The translations under genes and the position numbers were made by a program. From assembly GCF_004010195.1 (NCBI RefSeq), contig NC_057718.1, forward strand, positions 20,791,635-20,838,264: a stretch of 46,630 nt of DNA, in the 5' to 3' direction. Under the pieces are notes generated by a model that was not told the origin of the DNA, made no database searches, and saw only the letters and a program-made list of their open reading frames with translations. How positions within the stretch are numbered: the stretch's first letter is position 1; every line of letters starts with the position of its first letter. This DNA comes from Chiloscyllium plagiosum (Eukaryota). This document shows positions 23,296 through 33,543 of this stretch, piece by piece.

Positions 23296-23846
23296 GGTTC
23301 ATCAGTAAGAGTTACTGTGAGCTACCTTGATATTATTGAAATAGTTCTAACTCAGTCTCCTTCTATGGTTCCTACCATGACAGAGGCCTAACTTTCCTTT
23401 ATACTTTCTAATCAAGCTGTTCAGAGATGTCATTATATACCTCTGGAGTAGGTGGGCCTTGGACCCAGGATTCCTGGCTCAGAGGGAGGGACTCTATCAA
23501 AACCAACTGATCTTAAAGATTAGAAAAATAACAGAAAAGCCATGGGTGACAGTCATTTGTTGGTTCACTAGTCAGAGCATTGCTCAGAGAAATCAGAGTC
23601 TACCTACCCAAGTTAAAATTTACCAAAGCTTAACTGTTAATCAGCATTAATCAGGCATTCTCCAAGGCAGGGTCTCTACCAGAGTCTACTTGCCAACCAA
23701 CCGGTACTCTCCTCTCATGCATATTAAATATTGGCTTTCCCCTTGAATTCTTGCAAAATATCCCGATGAGTGCAAGATGAAAAGCTTTGACAAAATGTGC
23801 CTTTTATCTTCAATACTCAAGTTCTATACTACCAAATGATACTTTG

Positions 23847-24067
23847 AAGAGAAAATGAGGTCTGCAGATGCTGGAGATCAGAGATGGAAATGTGTTGCTG
23901 GAGAAGCGCAGCAGGTCAGGCAGCATCGAGGGAACAGGAGAATCGACGTTTCGGGCATTAGCCCTTCTTCAGGAATTCCTGAAGAAGGGCTAATGCCCGA
24001 AACGTCGATTCTCCTGTTCCCTAGATGCTGCCTGACCTGCTGCGCTTCTCCAGCAACACATTTCCAT
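23847..24067. mobile_element. Palindromic mini-PLE insertion with a 14-bp TSD
   Basis: TSD CAAATGATACTTTG at 23833-23846 and 24068-24081; ~93-bp arms centred on GAATTC (23973-23978), one mismatch seen. Confidence 0.9.
23979..24006 (+). ncRNA. Minimal type I hammerhead ribozyme core (mirror copy on the minus strand at 23945..23972)
   Basis: CUGAAGA-A-GGGC(UAAU)GCCC-GAAA-CG-UC: intact core, 4-bp stem II, palindromic ACGU stem III as in PLE minimal hammerheads. Stem I is weak. Confidence 0.75.
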
Positions 24068-24198
24068 CAAATGATACTTTGCCTACCATAATAACTTGGG
24101 ATAACAAGAGATCAATCTCAGTTTTAATATTTATAGATCTAGCATTGATTGCTTATTGACAGAAGAGAATTTCTGAATTTGACTCTGCTTCATTACTG

Positions 24199-24525
24199 GA
24201 TTCTGGATTAGTGGTGCTGGAAGAGCACAGCAGTTCAGGCAGCATCCTAGGAGCAGTGAAATCGATGTTTCGGGCAAAAGCCCTTCATCAGGAATAAAGG
24301 CAGTGAGCCTGAAGCGTGGAGAGATAAGCTAGTGGAAGACCCACCCTCACCCTCCTCTAGCTTATCTCTCCACGCTTCAGGCTCACTGCCTTTATTCCTG
24401 ATGAAGGGCGTTTGCCCGAAACATCGATTTCGCTGCTCCTTGGACTGCTGCCTGAACTGCTGTGCGCTTCCAGCACCACTAATCCAAAATCTGGTTTCCA
24501 GCATCTGCAGTCATTGTTTTTACCT
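24199..24525. mobile_element. Palindromic mini-PLE insertion with a 16-bp TSD
   Basis: TSD CTCTGCTTCATTACTG at 24183-24198 and 24526-24541; arms ~24199-24332 and ~24357-24491; tail tttccagcatctgcagtc. Confidence 0.9.
24398..24425 (+). ncRNA. Minimal hammerhead ribozyme core (mirror on the minus strand at ~24264..24291)
   Basis: CUGAUGA-A-GGGC(GUUU)GCCC-GAAA-CA-UC; stem III reads ACAU rather than ACGU. Confidence 0.65.
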
Positions 24526-24605
24526 CTCTGCTTCATTACTGTCCACTTCGATGCTTGTACTGAAATTCATTTGCAAATGTTTTGTCAACTCACACAATCT
24601 ATCAA

Positions 24606-24868
24606 GTTAAAAATCACACAACACCAGTTTATAGTCTAACAGGTTTATTTGGAAGCAGTAACTTTCTAAGCGTTGCTCCTTCATCAGGTAGTTCTGGAGT
24701 ATAAAATCGTAATACACAGGTCTTACGATCTTATACTTCACAACCACCTGATGAAGGAGCAGCATTCTGAAAGCTAGCGCTTTCAAATAAACCTGTTGGG
24801 CAATAACCTGATGTTGTGTGATTTTTAACTGTGCACACCCTAGTCCAACATTGGCACCTTCAAATCAT
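24606..24868. mobile_element. Third palindromic mini-PLE (different, older family) with a ~10-bp TSD and a decayed hammerhead
   Basis: AATCTATCAA (24596-24605) / AATCTATTAA (24869-24878); inverted arms gttaaaaatcacacaaca... / ...tgttgtgtgatttttaac; CTGATGA-AGGAGC-AGC-ATTCT-GAAA-GCTA at 24748-24776. Confidence 0.8.
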
Positions 24869-25059
24869 AATCTATTAATGTTTTGCAATGACATGCTGCC
24901 ATCTCCACAGCTGACAATATTGTTCACCTTTGAATCATTAGCAAATTCAAATAGTTGGTTTTCTATCTCACCCTTTAAGTTGTTAATTAATACAGCGAGG
25001 TTCCAGCACAGGTTCTTGCAGGACACCATTAGGCAGAGCCTACTAACCAGAATACCTGA

Positions 25060-25661
25060 TGTGACAATGCTGTCACTTTAACAAGCTTATTTTGTCCTTG
25101 GGTTCTTTTTTTTTTAAAAAGAGAGGTCAGAAAGGCAGAGATGCTGAGGGGTCTGGGAAGAGCTTAGTCAAACAATGGTAGGGGAGTGGCCAGTTCTCCT
25201 AGTTCAAGTTTATTCTAGTTTGGTTTAGCTGTGGTAGTCACAAGTTGCTGGAGTCCACAAAGGTTGCAAGCTTCAGCAAATGACTTCTGACTGACTTTCT
25301 CTCTGAAATCTCTTTGGATGTTGTTCCCTACTACCTGTAAGAATCTGTGTTTCACTTTACCTTTTTGCCAAGGGGTGTGTTTACAGGATGTTACTGGATT
25401 GGGACAGTTCCTCAGTTAAGCTTCTGAATTGGGTCAGTTAAGTTTTCCAATAGGTATGTTATTCTCAATTCTGTTTTCTTTTATTTATGTTTCAACTGTA
25501 GTATTTAAATAAATTCTGTTTTGCTTAAAGCAGAGTGGCTCAACCAGCTGCATCACATCTGGAATATCCACTTCATATCTGCCTTTAAAATAAGTAAAAG
25601 CTGAGGTCTAAACTACCTTCCTAAAATATTTTGGTGTGTGTGTCTGGCCTAGTCCATACCA
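25060..25661 (+). mobile_element. Solo LTR (602 bp), probably Gypsy-type
   Basis: TG...CA termini; 4-bp TSD CTGA at 25056-25059 and 25662-25665; AATAAA near 25508 followed by a T-rich tract. Confidence 0.7.
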
Positions 25662-26827
25662 CTGATCACTAACTCTACCACCCCTGTCACCTTCCTCTGA
25701 TCCAATTTCACATCCAGCCCAACAATTCTCCTTCAATCCCAGGAGTTTTACAGAATCAGAATGGTGAGAAAGAGGCCACTCAGCTTATTGTTTCTGTCTT
25801 GGACCTCCAAAGGTGCCATTTATCATCTGATATTCCCCAACCTTGTCCCCTTGACTTTAGCAATTTTACAATAATAAATATTATATTACATGGCCATAAT
25901 TGTCTAGTTTCCCTCTTACCTTTCTTAAACTGCAGACTGACATACACAATTTTACAAACCACATTTATGTGGATTTATATAAATGGGGACTTTGTGTAAC
26001 TCTCAAAATTTCACCCTTCAAATGTACAACCGGGTTCATTGTAGACGGAGCTAGTCAGCTGGATGAATGGTCAAATCTCCAAAACAAGCCATTGTTTGCT
26101 CAACACTTTCATCCCATAAATATTCTTTGTTTATCTAAATCCAAAAATGTCAGGAATAGATTAACAATGGTCAAGGCCCAAGGATTCTAAAGTCATTACA
26201 GAGATACTGCTGCCATTTTAGCAGGCTAAGGCCTTCCAGATTACCAGGCTCAAGCACTGGTAGGTTACCCACTACTTACACAGCCAAAATGCCCCAATCC
26301 AACAGAAAGATGTCTTGTCAAGTTACCAAAAGCCAGCGAAATGAAATGCCAGACCTTAGTTGTAGATTTCACCAGTCAGCCAGGCCACCATTCTGTGACC
26401 TGAAGGTTTGCAATCTTACCTGGTTCAGCCATCACATTACAGTGTCTGCTAAAGGAGCGACTGGCCATGTAGTCCATTGTGCAAGTGCACCTACCAATCC
26501 GGCCAGTGTTCCCCCATTTTTTTCCTATGTGAAACAGAACGTTCTGCAGTGCTCTGTGCAGCTGCAGAGCAAATAAGATGAAACTTCACTTCAGTTTGCA
26601 TGCAGGTGGGGACCCAATCAACATTATCCTGTGAACGCTTAGGCAGGCTGATAAATCTGTTACTTTACAAAGTAACACCATGAAAACGAAGGCATTAAAA
26701 ACGGTCAAATGCCTCCTCTTTATTAAAATGGACAGAAGGAACCTCTGCTCATCAAACTGCTTTGGGTCAAAACAGTCACCTCATAAAAAATGAAGCATCT
26801 ACTGAGTAACGCTGAACATACACTTAC

Positions 26828-26893
26828 CCGAAAGAGTACCCTGAACTAGGTTTCTTCAAAGTCACCCAGAAACTTATTAGGCAAGTCATCAAA
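26828..26893 (-). CDS. slc30a6: ZnT6 coding exon (66 nt; (S)LMTCLISFWVTLKKPSSGYSF(G))
   Basis: cctttgttttttag|TTTGATG...TTTCGG|gtaagt; phase 2-2; matches human LMTCLISYWVTLRKPSPVYSFG. Confidence 0.96.
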
Positions 26894-27903
26894 CTAAAAA
26901 ACAAAGGAGATTATTGTTAAAAGGCCTGGACAGAAAGCAGTTGTAACCAAAGCAAACTGCATTCACAAGCTTCAGATTTGTTCATTCAATTTCATAAAAA
27001 TTAACATTTCACATAAAAATGTCCTAATCGCATGTAAAGAGTAATATTTTACAATTCTTAACTTGTACAATAAAAAGACAATTCTGAGCATAATTAACCA
27101 CCAAGAAGCCTAGGTGTTTTTCTTTTCCTGGAATTGTGTCACTTAACATGCGAGTAAACATTTAGCTATAGTTCAAAGTTTTGGAGATAATGTAAATAAT
27201 TCACTGAAAAAAAAACAAACCTCTTTTCCAAAAAAAAAGGGCACCGATGAGCAGGCAACTACTTTTTCAAAAAAAAAGGGTAAAGTCATATTTTTTAAAC
27301 TGCATTTTACAGATATTTAAGTTTTTTATTAAGTGCCAATTTGTAGAAACAAAATCCAACATGACTTTGCTTCAGAGATATGTCACTTTCCATTCTGTCT
27401 GGAGTGATGTCACCAAGATAACAGTCAATTAAGCTACTCACTTTCATAAATGACAGCAGGTACCAGATTGATAATTACTCCCCAAGAGAGGGCAGGAAAC
27501 TAGAGGAGTCCCATCTGAAATGGTAACTCCTCTTCCACACATATTTATCAAGCTTATCTTTATTTAATCCTCACCTTCAATGCTGTGGGGATCGATCAAT
27601 AATTTATGATCTAACTCAAAGCATTGACTGCTATTTATTGTTTTCAAAGTAAACAATTTTGAATCGATTTTTACAAAAATGTAGGAATTCAAATACTGAA
27701 TTGGCAACAGAGATTAATTGTAGGAAATATACCAAGGCATAAATATTTTATTCAAAGACACTATTTTCAGAAACAAACTACATATTGCAATAAAAACCAA
27801 GTACCGTAGAAACTAAGCATCTGTGGTGAAACAGTAATGACGTGAGTCCAATGACTTTTTTTGGAAAATAATATGAGTTGTCTCCAATCACAAAAAAAAA
27901 CAC

Positions 27904-28826
27904 TGAGTTTTGAGAAGATGTGTAGCTCAGGTTGAGGTTTTGGATGTAGATTTGCTCGCTGAGCTGAAAAGTTCATCTCCAGATGTTTTGTTATCTTACT
28001 AGGTAACATCTTCAGTGGACCTCATACAAAGCAATATTGAAAATTCTTGCTTTCGATTTATATGTTTGGGTTTCTTTGGGTTGGTGATGTCATTTCCTGT
28101 GGTGATGTTATTTTCCTATGGTGAAGTCACTTCCTGTTCCTTTTCTCAGAGGTGGTAGATGGGGTCTAACTCAATGTGTTTGTTGATAGAGTTCCGGTTG
28201 GAATGTCATGCTTCTAGGAATTCTTGTGCGTGTCTTTGTTTGGCTTGCCCTAGGATGGATGTATTGTCCCAGTTGAAGTGGTGTCCTTCCTCATCCGTAT
28301 GCGAGGATACTAGTGAGAGAGGGTCATGTCTTTTTGTGGCTAGTTGGTGTTCATGTATCCTGGTGGTTAGTTTTCTGCCTATTTGTCCAATGTAGTGTTT
28401 GTTACAGTCCTTGCACGGTATTTTGTAAATGATGTTAGTTTTACTCATTGTCTGTATAGGGTCTTTCAATTTCATTAGCTGCTGTTTTAGTGTTGGTGGG
28501 TTTGTCCCACTTTGACTGGGACAATACATCCATCCGAGGACAAGCCAAACAAAGACAAGCACGAGAATTCCTAGAAGCATGGCATTCAAACCAGAACTCT
28601 ATCAATAAAACATGGAGTCAGACCCCATCTAACACCCCCTGAGAAAAGGTACAGGAAGTGACTTCACCACAGGAAATAACATCACCAACCCAAAGAAACC
28701 CAAACATATAAATAGAAAGCAGGAAGTTTCAGCATTGCTTCGCATGAGGTCCACTGAAGAGGTTACCTAGTAAGGTAACAAAAGTCTGGAAATGAACCTT
28801 TCAGCTCAGCCAGCAAACTTACATCA
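27904..28826 (-). mobile_element. Penelope/Poseidon-type PLE: minus-strand GIY-YIG 3' part plus an inverted pLTR copy (~28507..28826, +)
   Basis: NIIYKIPCKDCNKHYIGQ.GR.L.TRIHEH; inverted duplication; decayed hammerheads ccactgaaga-g-gttacc(tagtaa)ggtaac-aaaa on both arms; possible degraded TSD caaaa(a/t)aaaa(a)cac. Confidence 0.9.
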
Positions 28827-29044
28827 AAATAAAAACACCCCACGGTTATGTGGCAGAACAATTTAACGCATTAATTTCAAAATTACAAAATATGATGTAT
28901 GCAACACGTTTTTACTACAATTTTCAGAATGGAACAAAGGATGTTCCTAATCACAATTCTGTTAACCAGAAGGAACTATAGTAAGCAGACATCAGGCATC
29001 ATCCCACAGAAAGTAAAGCTTGTAAAGTCTATTCATGTGGCAAG

Positions 29045-29235
29045 GTGAAGTCACCATGGTGCCAGAGAACTATTGGGCTGGTCCCTCGGGAGAAAGCCGA
29101 CTGGTGGTGGGTTTAAATGGAGGGTCTCAATGCCTTAGTTGAGGGATGAAGTCAATAAGTGGGACATTCATGTTGACCTCAGCCAGTGAATTAAACACAC
29201 GCTAATAGTGTCACTTTTGCATCATCAACCACATG
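29045..29235 (-). mobile_element. Degraded tRNA-type SINE
   Basis: gactggtggtgg..ttaa..gagggtc...gacctcagcc...gaattaaac resembles the reverse complement of a recalled shark SINE; no search was run. Confidence 0.4.
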
Positions 29236-29531
29236 TGGACAACCAAGCAGCTGTGGTCGGAACAGCAGAGGTCAGGAAATAGGTCACCTGTTCACCCTCC
29301 CTCATAGAGGTGTGCGTTTATGAAAAATAAAATCCATGAAGTGAATAAAATTTAAAAGCAAAACTGATCAGTTGATGAAATCAGTCACAGTAAAAACTAA
29401 TTCCGAATATATTTCATAACAACCATTCACAAGGTCTGGCAAAATAAAACCTCACTTCTATCAATTAATCTTCAATACCAGCATACACAATCACACTAAA
29501 AACTGATGTACATAATATTAAAAAAAATTAC

Positions 29532-29574
29532 CTGAAAAAATCAAAAATGGTAAGATATGTGTAAGCAGTTAAAG
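29532..29574 (-). CDS. slc30a6: ZnT6 zinc transporter coding exon (43 nt; TM2, (A)LTAYTYLTIFDFF(S)); equivalent to human exon 4 by recollection
   Basis: Minus strand ttttctctacag|CTTTAACT...TTTTTCAG|gtaatt; phase 1 in, phase 2 out; peptide matches human ZnT6 ALTAYTYLTIFDLFS as recalled. Confidence 0.95.
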
Positions 29575-29679
29575 CTGTAGAGAAAACGAGAAAAATATCA
29601 AATTAATATTTATATTTTGTCAAGTACACTTTTTTTCTTAATTCACAGCAATAAATGAAGTTGTGGCATAAGTTATAAA

Positions 29680-30029
29680 AGCAGGTAACTATACAAAATG
29701 TTGGTTAGACCCTAACTTTTCATAGTTCTCGTCACCATACAAAAGGAAGGATGCAATTGCACTAGAGGGGGTGTAAAGCAGATTCACCAGGATGTTGCCT
29801 GGGTTGGAGCATTCAGATATGAAAAAAGGCTAGATCAGCTCAGATTGTTTTCTTTGGAGCACAGAAAGTTGAGGGGGAAGCTGATAGAGGTGTATAAGAT
29901 TATGAGTGCCATGGATATGGAGAATAAAAAGCAGCTGTTCCCTTTAGTTGAAAGGTCAATAACAAAGGGGTATAATTATTAAGTGAAAGGCCGGAGGTTT
30001 AGAAGGAATGAGGAATAGCATTTCACTAA
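29680..30029 (+). mobile_element. CR1 3' fragment A, which resumes at ~32178..32350 after nested insertions
   Basis: gattcaccaggatgttgcctggg, ttgttttctttggagcacagaaagttgagggg; breaks at catttcact and resumes aagggtgttg...gaatgcactgcctgg. Confidence 0.75.
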
Positions 30030-31228
30030 GACACTCTTGAACCATAGAAGCAATCATCCCAACATCCACAAATGAAGCTGCATTAGAACATTATTTCAAC
30101 AAGCCACCACACAACTGCAGCACAGGGGAACTACGCAGAGCAGAGGAAAATCACCTATACAGTGTATTCAAAAAGAATAGGTACCCAATGAACGCAGTCC
30201 ACTAATTTCTGAGCAACAAACCCAAACAAGCAGACAAAATAAATCCAGAAACCCTAGTCACTCTCCCCTGCGTTAAAGGCATCTCAGAAATGACTGCCAG
30301 ACTACTCAGCCCCTTGGCATTATGTTAGCCCACAAACCCTCCAATACAATAAAACAGCAGCTAATGAACTTTAAAGACCCAACAAGCAAAATTAATGCCA
30401 TCTACAAAATACCGTGCAAGATCTGTAACAAACACTATATTGGATAAACAGGCAGAAAACTAGCCATCAGGATCCATGAACATCAACTAGCCACAAAACG
30501 ACATGACCCACTTTCACTAGTATCCTTACATACAGATGAGGAAGGACACCACTGACTGGGACAACACATCCATCCCAGGACAGGCCAAACAGACACTCAT
30601 GAGAATTCCTAGAAGCATGGCATTCCAACCTGAACTCTATCAGCAAGCACATGGGCGGCACGGTGGCACAGTGGTTAGCATTGCTGCCTCACAGCGCCAG
30701 AGACCCGGGTTCAATTCCCGCCTCAGGCGACTAACTGTGTGGAGTTTGCACGTTCTCCCCTTGTCTGCGTGGGTTTCCTCCGGGTGCTCTGGTTTCCTCC
30801 CACAGTCCAAAGATGTGCAGGTCAGGTGAATTGGCCATGCTAAATTGCCCGTAGTGTTAGGTAAGGGGTAAACGTAAGGATATGGGTGGGTTGCGCTTCG
30901 GCGGGGCGGTGTGGACTTGTTGGGCCGAAGGGCCTGTTTCCACACTAAGTAATCTAATCTAATCACATGGACTTGGATCCCGTTTACTGTCACCTCAGAA
31001 AAAGAACAGGAACTGACATCACCATAGGAAATGATGTCACCACAGGAAATTGCATCACCTGCCCAAGGAAACTCAAAACACACAAATAGAAAGCGGGCCA
31101 CACCACCAGTGCTTCATTTGGAGGTTACCGAATATGGTGACGAAATGTCAGAAAACAAACCTTCCCACTCAGCAAGCAAACCTACATCCAGAACCTCAAC
31201 CTGAGTTACAAATCTTCTCAAAGCTCAC
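30030..31228 (+). mobile_element. Penelope/Poseidon-type PLE (RT C-terminus, linker, GIY-YIG, tail), interrupted by an HE1 SINE
   Basis: SNHP..H, IYKIPCKICNKHYIG, RIHEHQLATKRHDPLSLV; same family as 27904..28826; tail aacctcaacctgagttacaaatcttctc. Confidence 0.9.
30653..30963 (+). mobile_element. Full-length HE1-type tRNA-derived V-SINE
   Basis: A box TGGCACAGTGG, B box GGTTCAATTCC, V-domain gtggagtttgcacgttctcccc...gggtttcctccgggtgctc, CR1-like 3' end, (AATCT)n tail, TSD CACAT(GG) at 30648 and 30964. Confidence 0.93.
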
Positions 31229-31231
31229 TAA

Positions 31232-32177
31232 CTGCTTTTCGTCATTTATATAACTGATTTAGAACTGAACATAGGAGGTATAGTTAGTAAGTTTGCAAAT
31301 GACACCAAAATCAGAGGTGTAGTGGACACTGAAGAAGGTCATCTCAGAGTACAATGGGATCTTGAATGGCAGATAAACTTTAATTTAGATAAATGGGAAG
31401 TGCTGAATTTTGGAAGGGCAAATCGTAGCAGGACTTATACACTTAATGTTAAGGTCCTGGGGAGGGTTGCCGAACAGAGACCTTGGAGTGCAGTTTGATT
31501 TTTCCTTCAAGTTGGAGTCGCAGTAGATAGGATAGTGAAGGCGGCATTTGGTATGCTTTCCTTTACTGGACAACGTATTGAGTTCAGGAGTTGGGAGGTC
31601 ATATTGTGGCTGTACTGGACATTGGTTAGGCCACTTTTGGAATACTGTATTGTGTGCAATCATGGTCTCCCTCCAATAGGGAGAATGTTGTGAAACTTAA
31701 AAAGGTTCAGAGAAAAAAAGATTCAAGGATGTTGCCAGGGTTGAAGGGTTTGAATGATCAGGAGATGTTGAATAGGCTGGGGCTGTGTTCCCTGCAGCGT
31801 CGAAGACGGAGGGGTGACTTTAAATCATGAGGGGCATGGATAGGGTAAATAGACAACGTCTTTTCCCTGGGGTGGGGAAGTCCAGAACCCGAGGGCATAA
31901 GTTTAGGGTGAGAGGGGGAAGATTTAAAAGGGACATCAGGGGCAACGTTTTCATGCAGATGGTAGTACATATATGGAATGAGTTACCAGAGGAAGTGGTG
32001 GAGGCTGTTCAATTTCAACATTTAAAGGGCACCTGGATGGGGATATGTTTAGAAAGGGATTAGAGGGATATGGACCAAGTGCTAGCAAACGGTATTAGAT
32101 TAGTTTATGTTATCTGGGTGGCATTAACAAGTTGGACCAAAAGGTCTGTTTTCGTGCTGTACATCTCTATGATTCTA
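31232..32177 (+). mobile_element. 5'-truncated CR1 B with tail
   Basis: VIYI.DL, SKFA.DTKI, RTRGHKFRV...FKRDIRGN.F; tail gtgctgtacatctctatgattcta. Confidence 0.92.
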
Positions 32178-32461
32178 AAAGGGTGTTGTGGGTTGTGAAT
32201 GCACTGCCTGGGAGGAAATCTCACAACTTTTAAAAGCACTTGAAGTGTCATAACATTTGAGAGCTATGGGCCTAGTGCAGCAAAGTGAAACTAGTATAGG
32301 TAAGACGACATTTTTTGCAGTAGAGACTTAGTGGGCTGAATGTGATTCCATGAATATTTCTTTGAGTCTTATGTAAACAGTTGAGTTTAAGAATCTCTCT
32401 AACCTGAACATTCACAATTAATTTTGTACTCAATAACTATTTAAAATATACATGTTGCAAC

Positions 32462-32557
32462 ATTCCTGATGAAGGGCTTATGCCCAAAACGTCGATTCTC
32501 CTGCACCTCAGATGCTGCCTGACTGGTTGTGCTTTTCCAGTACCACATTCTTCGACA
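32462..32557 (+). mobile_element. PLE 3' tail fragment with a mutated hammerhead core
   Basis: attcCTGATGAagggcttatgcccAAAAcgtc (GAAA changed to AAAA); same family as 23847..24067. Confidence 0.8.
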
Positions 32558-33543
32558 AAGAATTAAATGTGCCAGATGAATGCAGACTCAAAACTGATAA
32601 CATTAATTCTATCACAGATAGAGATTTCCTTTAGGTAATTCAAAAATAATTGTATGCAAATTGAACACAGCAGAACACTTCAATCCTGCAACATTTAAAT
32701 TTTCTAAAGTCAGTATTAGCTTTGATTAGGAAACATATAACTGACAGACTTTACTTTGTTGGTTACACAGACAGTAATGTTACCCTAATTTAATTCAGGA
32801 GGATTCAGACAAAATGCATCTGGTGGATTGGACTGAAAATGATCCTATTAGTAAGATAGCTAACTATTAACCCTAATAGGGGTAGTGTTCATAAAGATTT
32901 CTACTTTAATCCATTTTACCTCAAGAAAAGTAATCTCTACTACAACGTGCAAGGTTAAACCTAAGAGTATACAAAAACTGATACTCATGAAGGACTCGAG
33001 CACATGGTGAGGACAGTGCAGCAGAGTGAGAGAGAGAACCTGCACAGTTACTGCCTTGGCTGTTTGAATTCGTGTATCGCTGGACATCGGAGTGCATCTG
33101 GGAAAATTAACAAACAGTGAAATTCACAACTAATCTTAGAGGAACTGATGGGCGAAGTTCACAGCACAGAATCAGATTTGTTAATTATTGTTTTAAGTCT
33201 GTCCAAGAGAAAGGCTGCAGTAGTAAGTATAGTGGATTTTTTCTTGATAATATGTTTTTGGAGATAAGTCTCTTGATTAAACTTAAAATATAAGCCATAA
33301 CTATTAATTTAACCTGGGGGCAGTGTTTGTAGAGAAATAAGACCATGTTTTCTGGATCTGTAGATTATGAAGAAGCAATAAAGGCCTTTGCAGTGATATG
33401 TACTTGTTGTCAGATGTGGGAGTTGAAGGGTTACTGCGGATTATATCTGCCATAAATGCTGTTGGATGTAAATCTTATCAGATCGAGTGAATCGGTTGGA
33501 GAGACAGACAGAAGCGATGAGGAATTTGCAATAGCAACAGTAT

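Noticed and set aside
23847..24868. DNA-transposon MITEs, pre-miRNAs or a CRISPR-like array
   Set aside because: The 10-16 bp TSDs, asymmetric tails and identity with PLE 3' ends elsewhere in the window point to retroelement origin. There is no repeat-spacer periodicity.
30653..30725. tRNA gene
   Set aside because: The A/B boxes belong to the head of a SINE with a body, tail and TSD.
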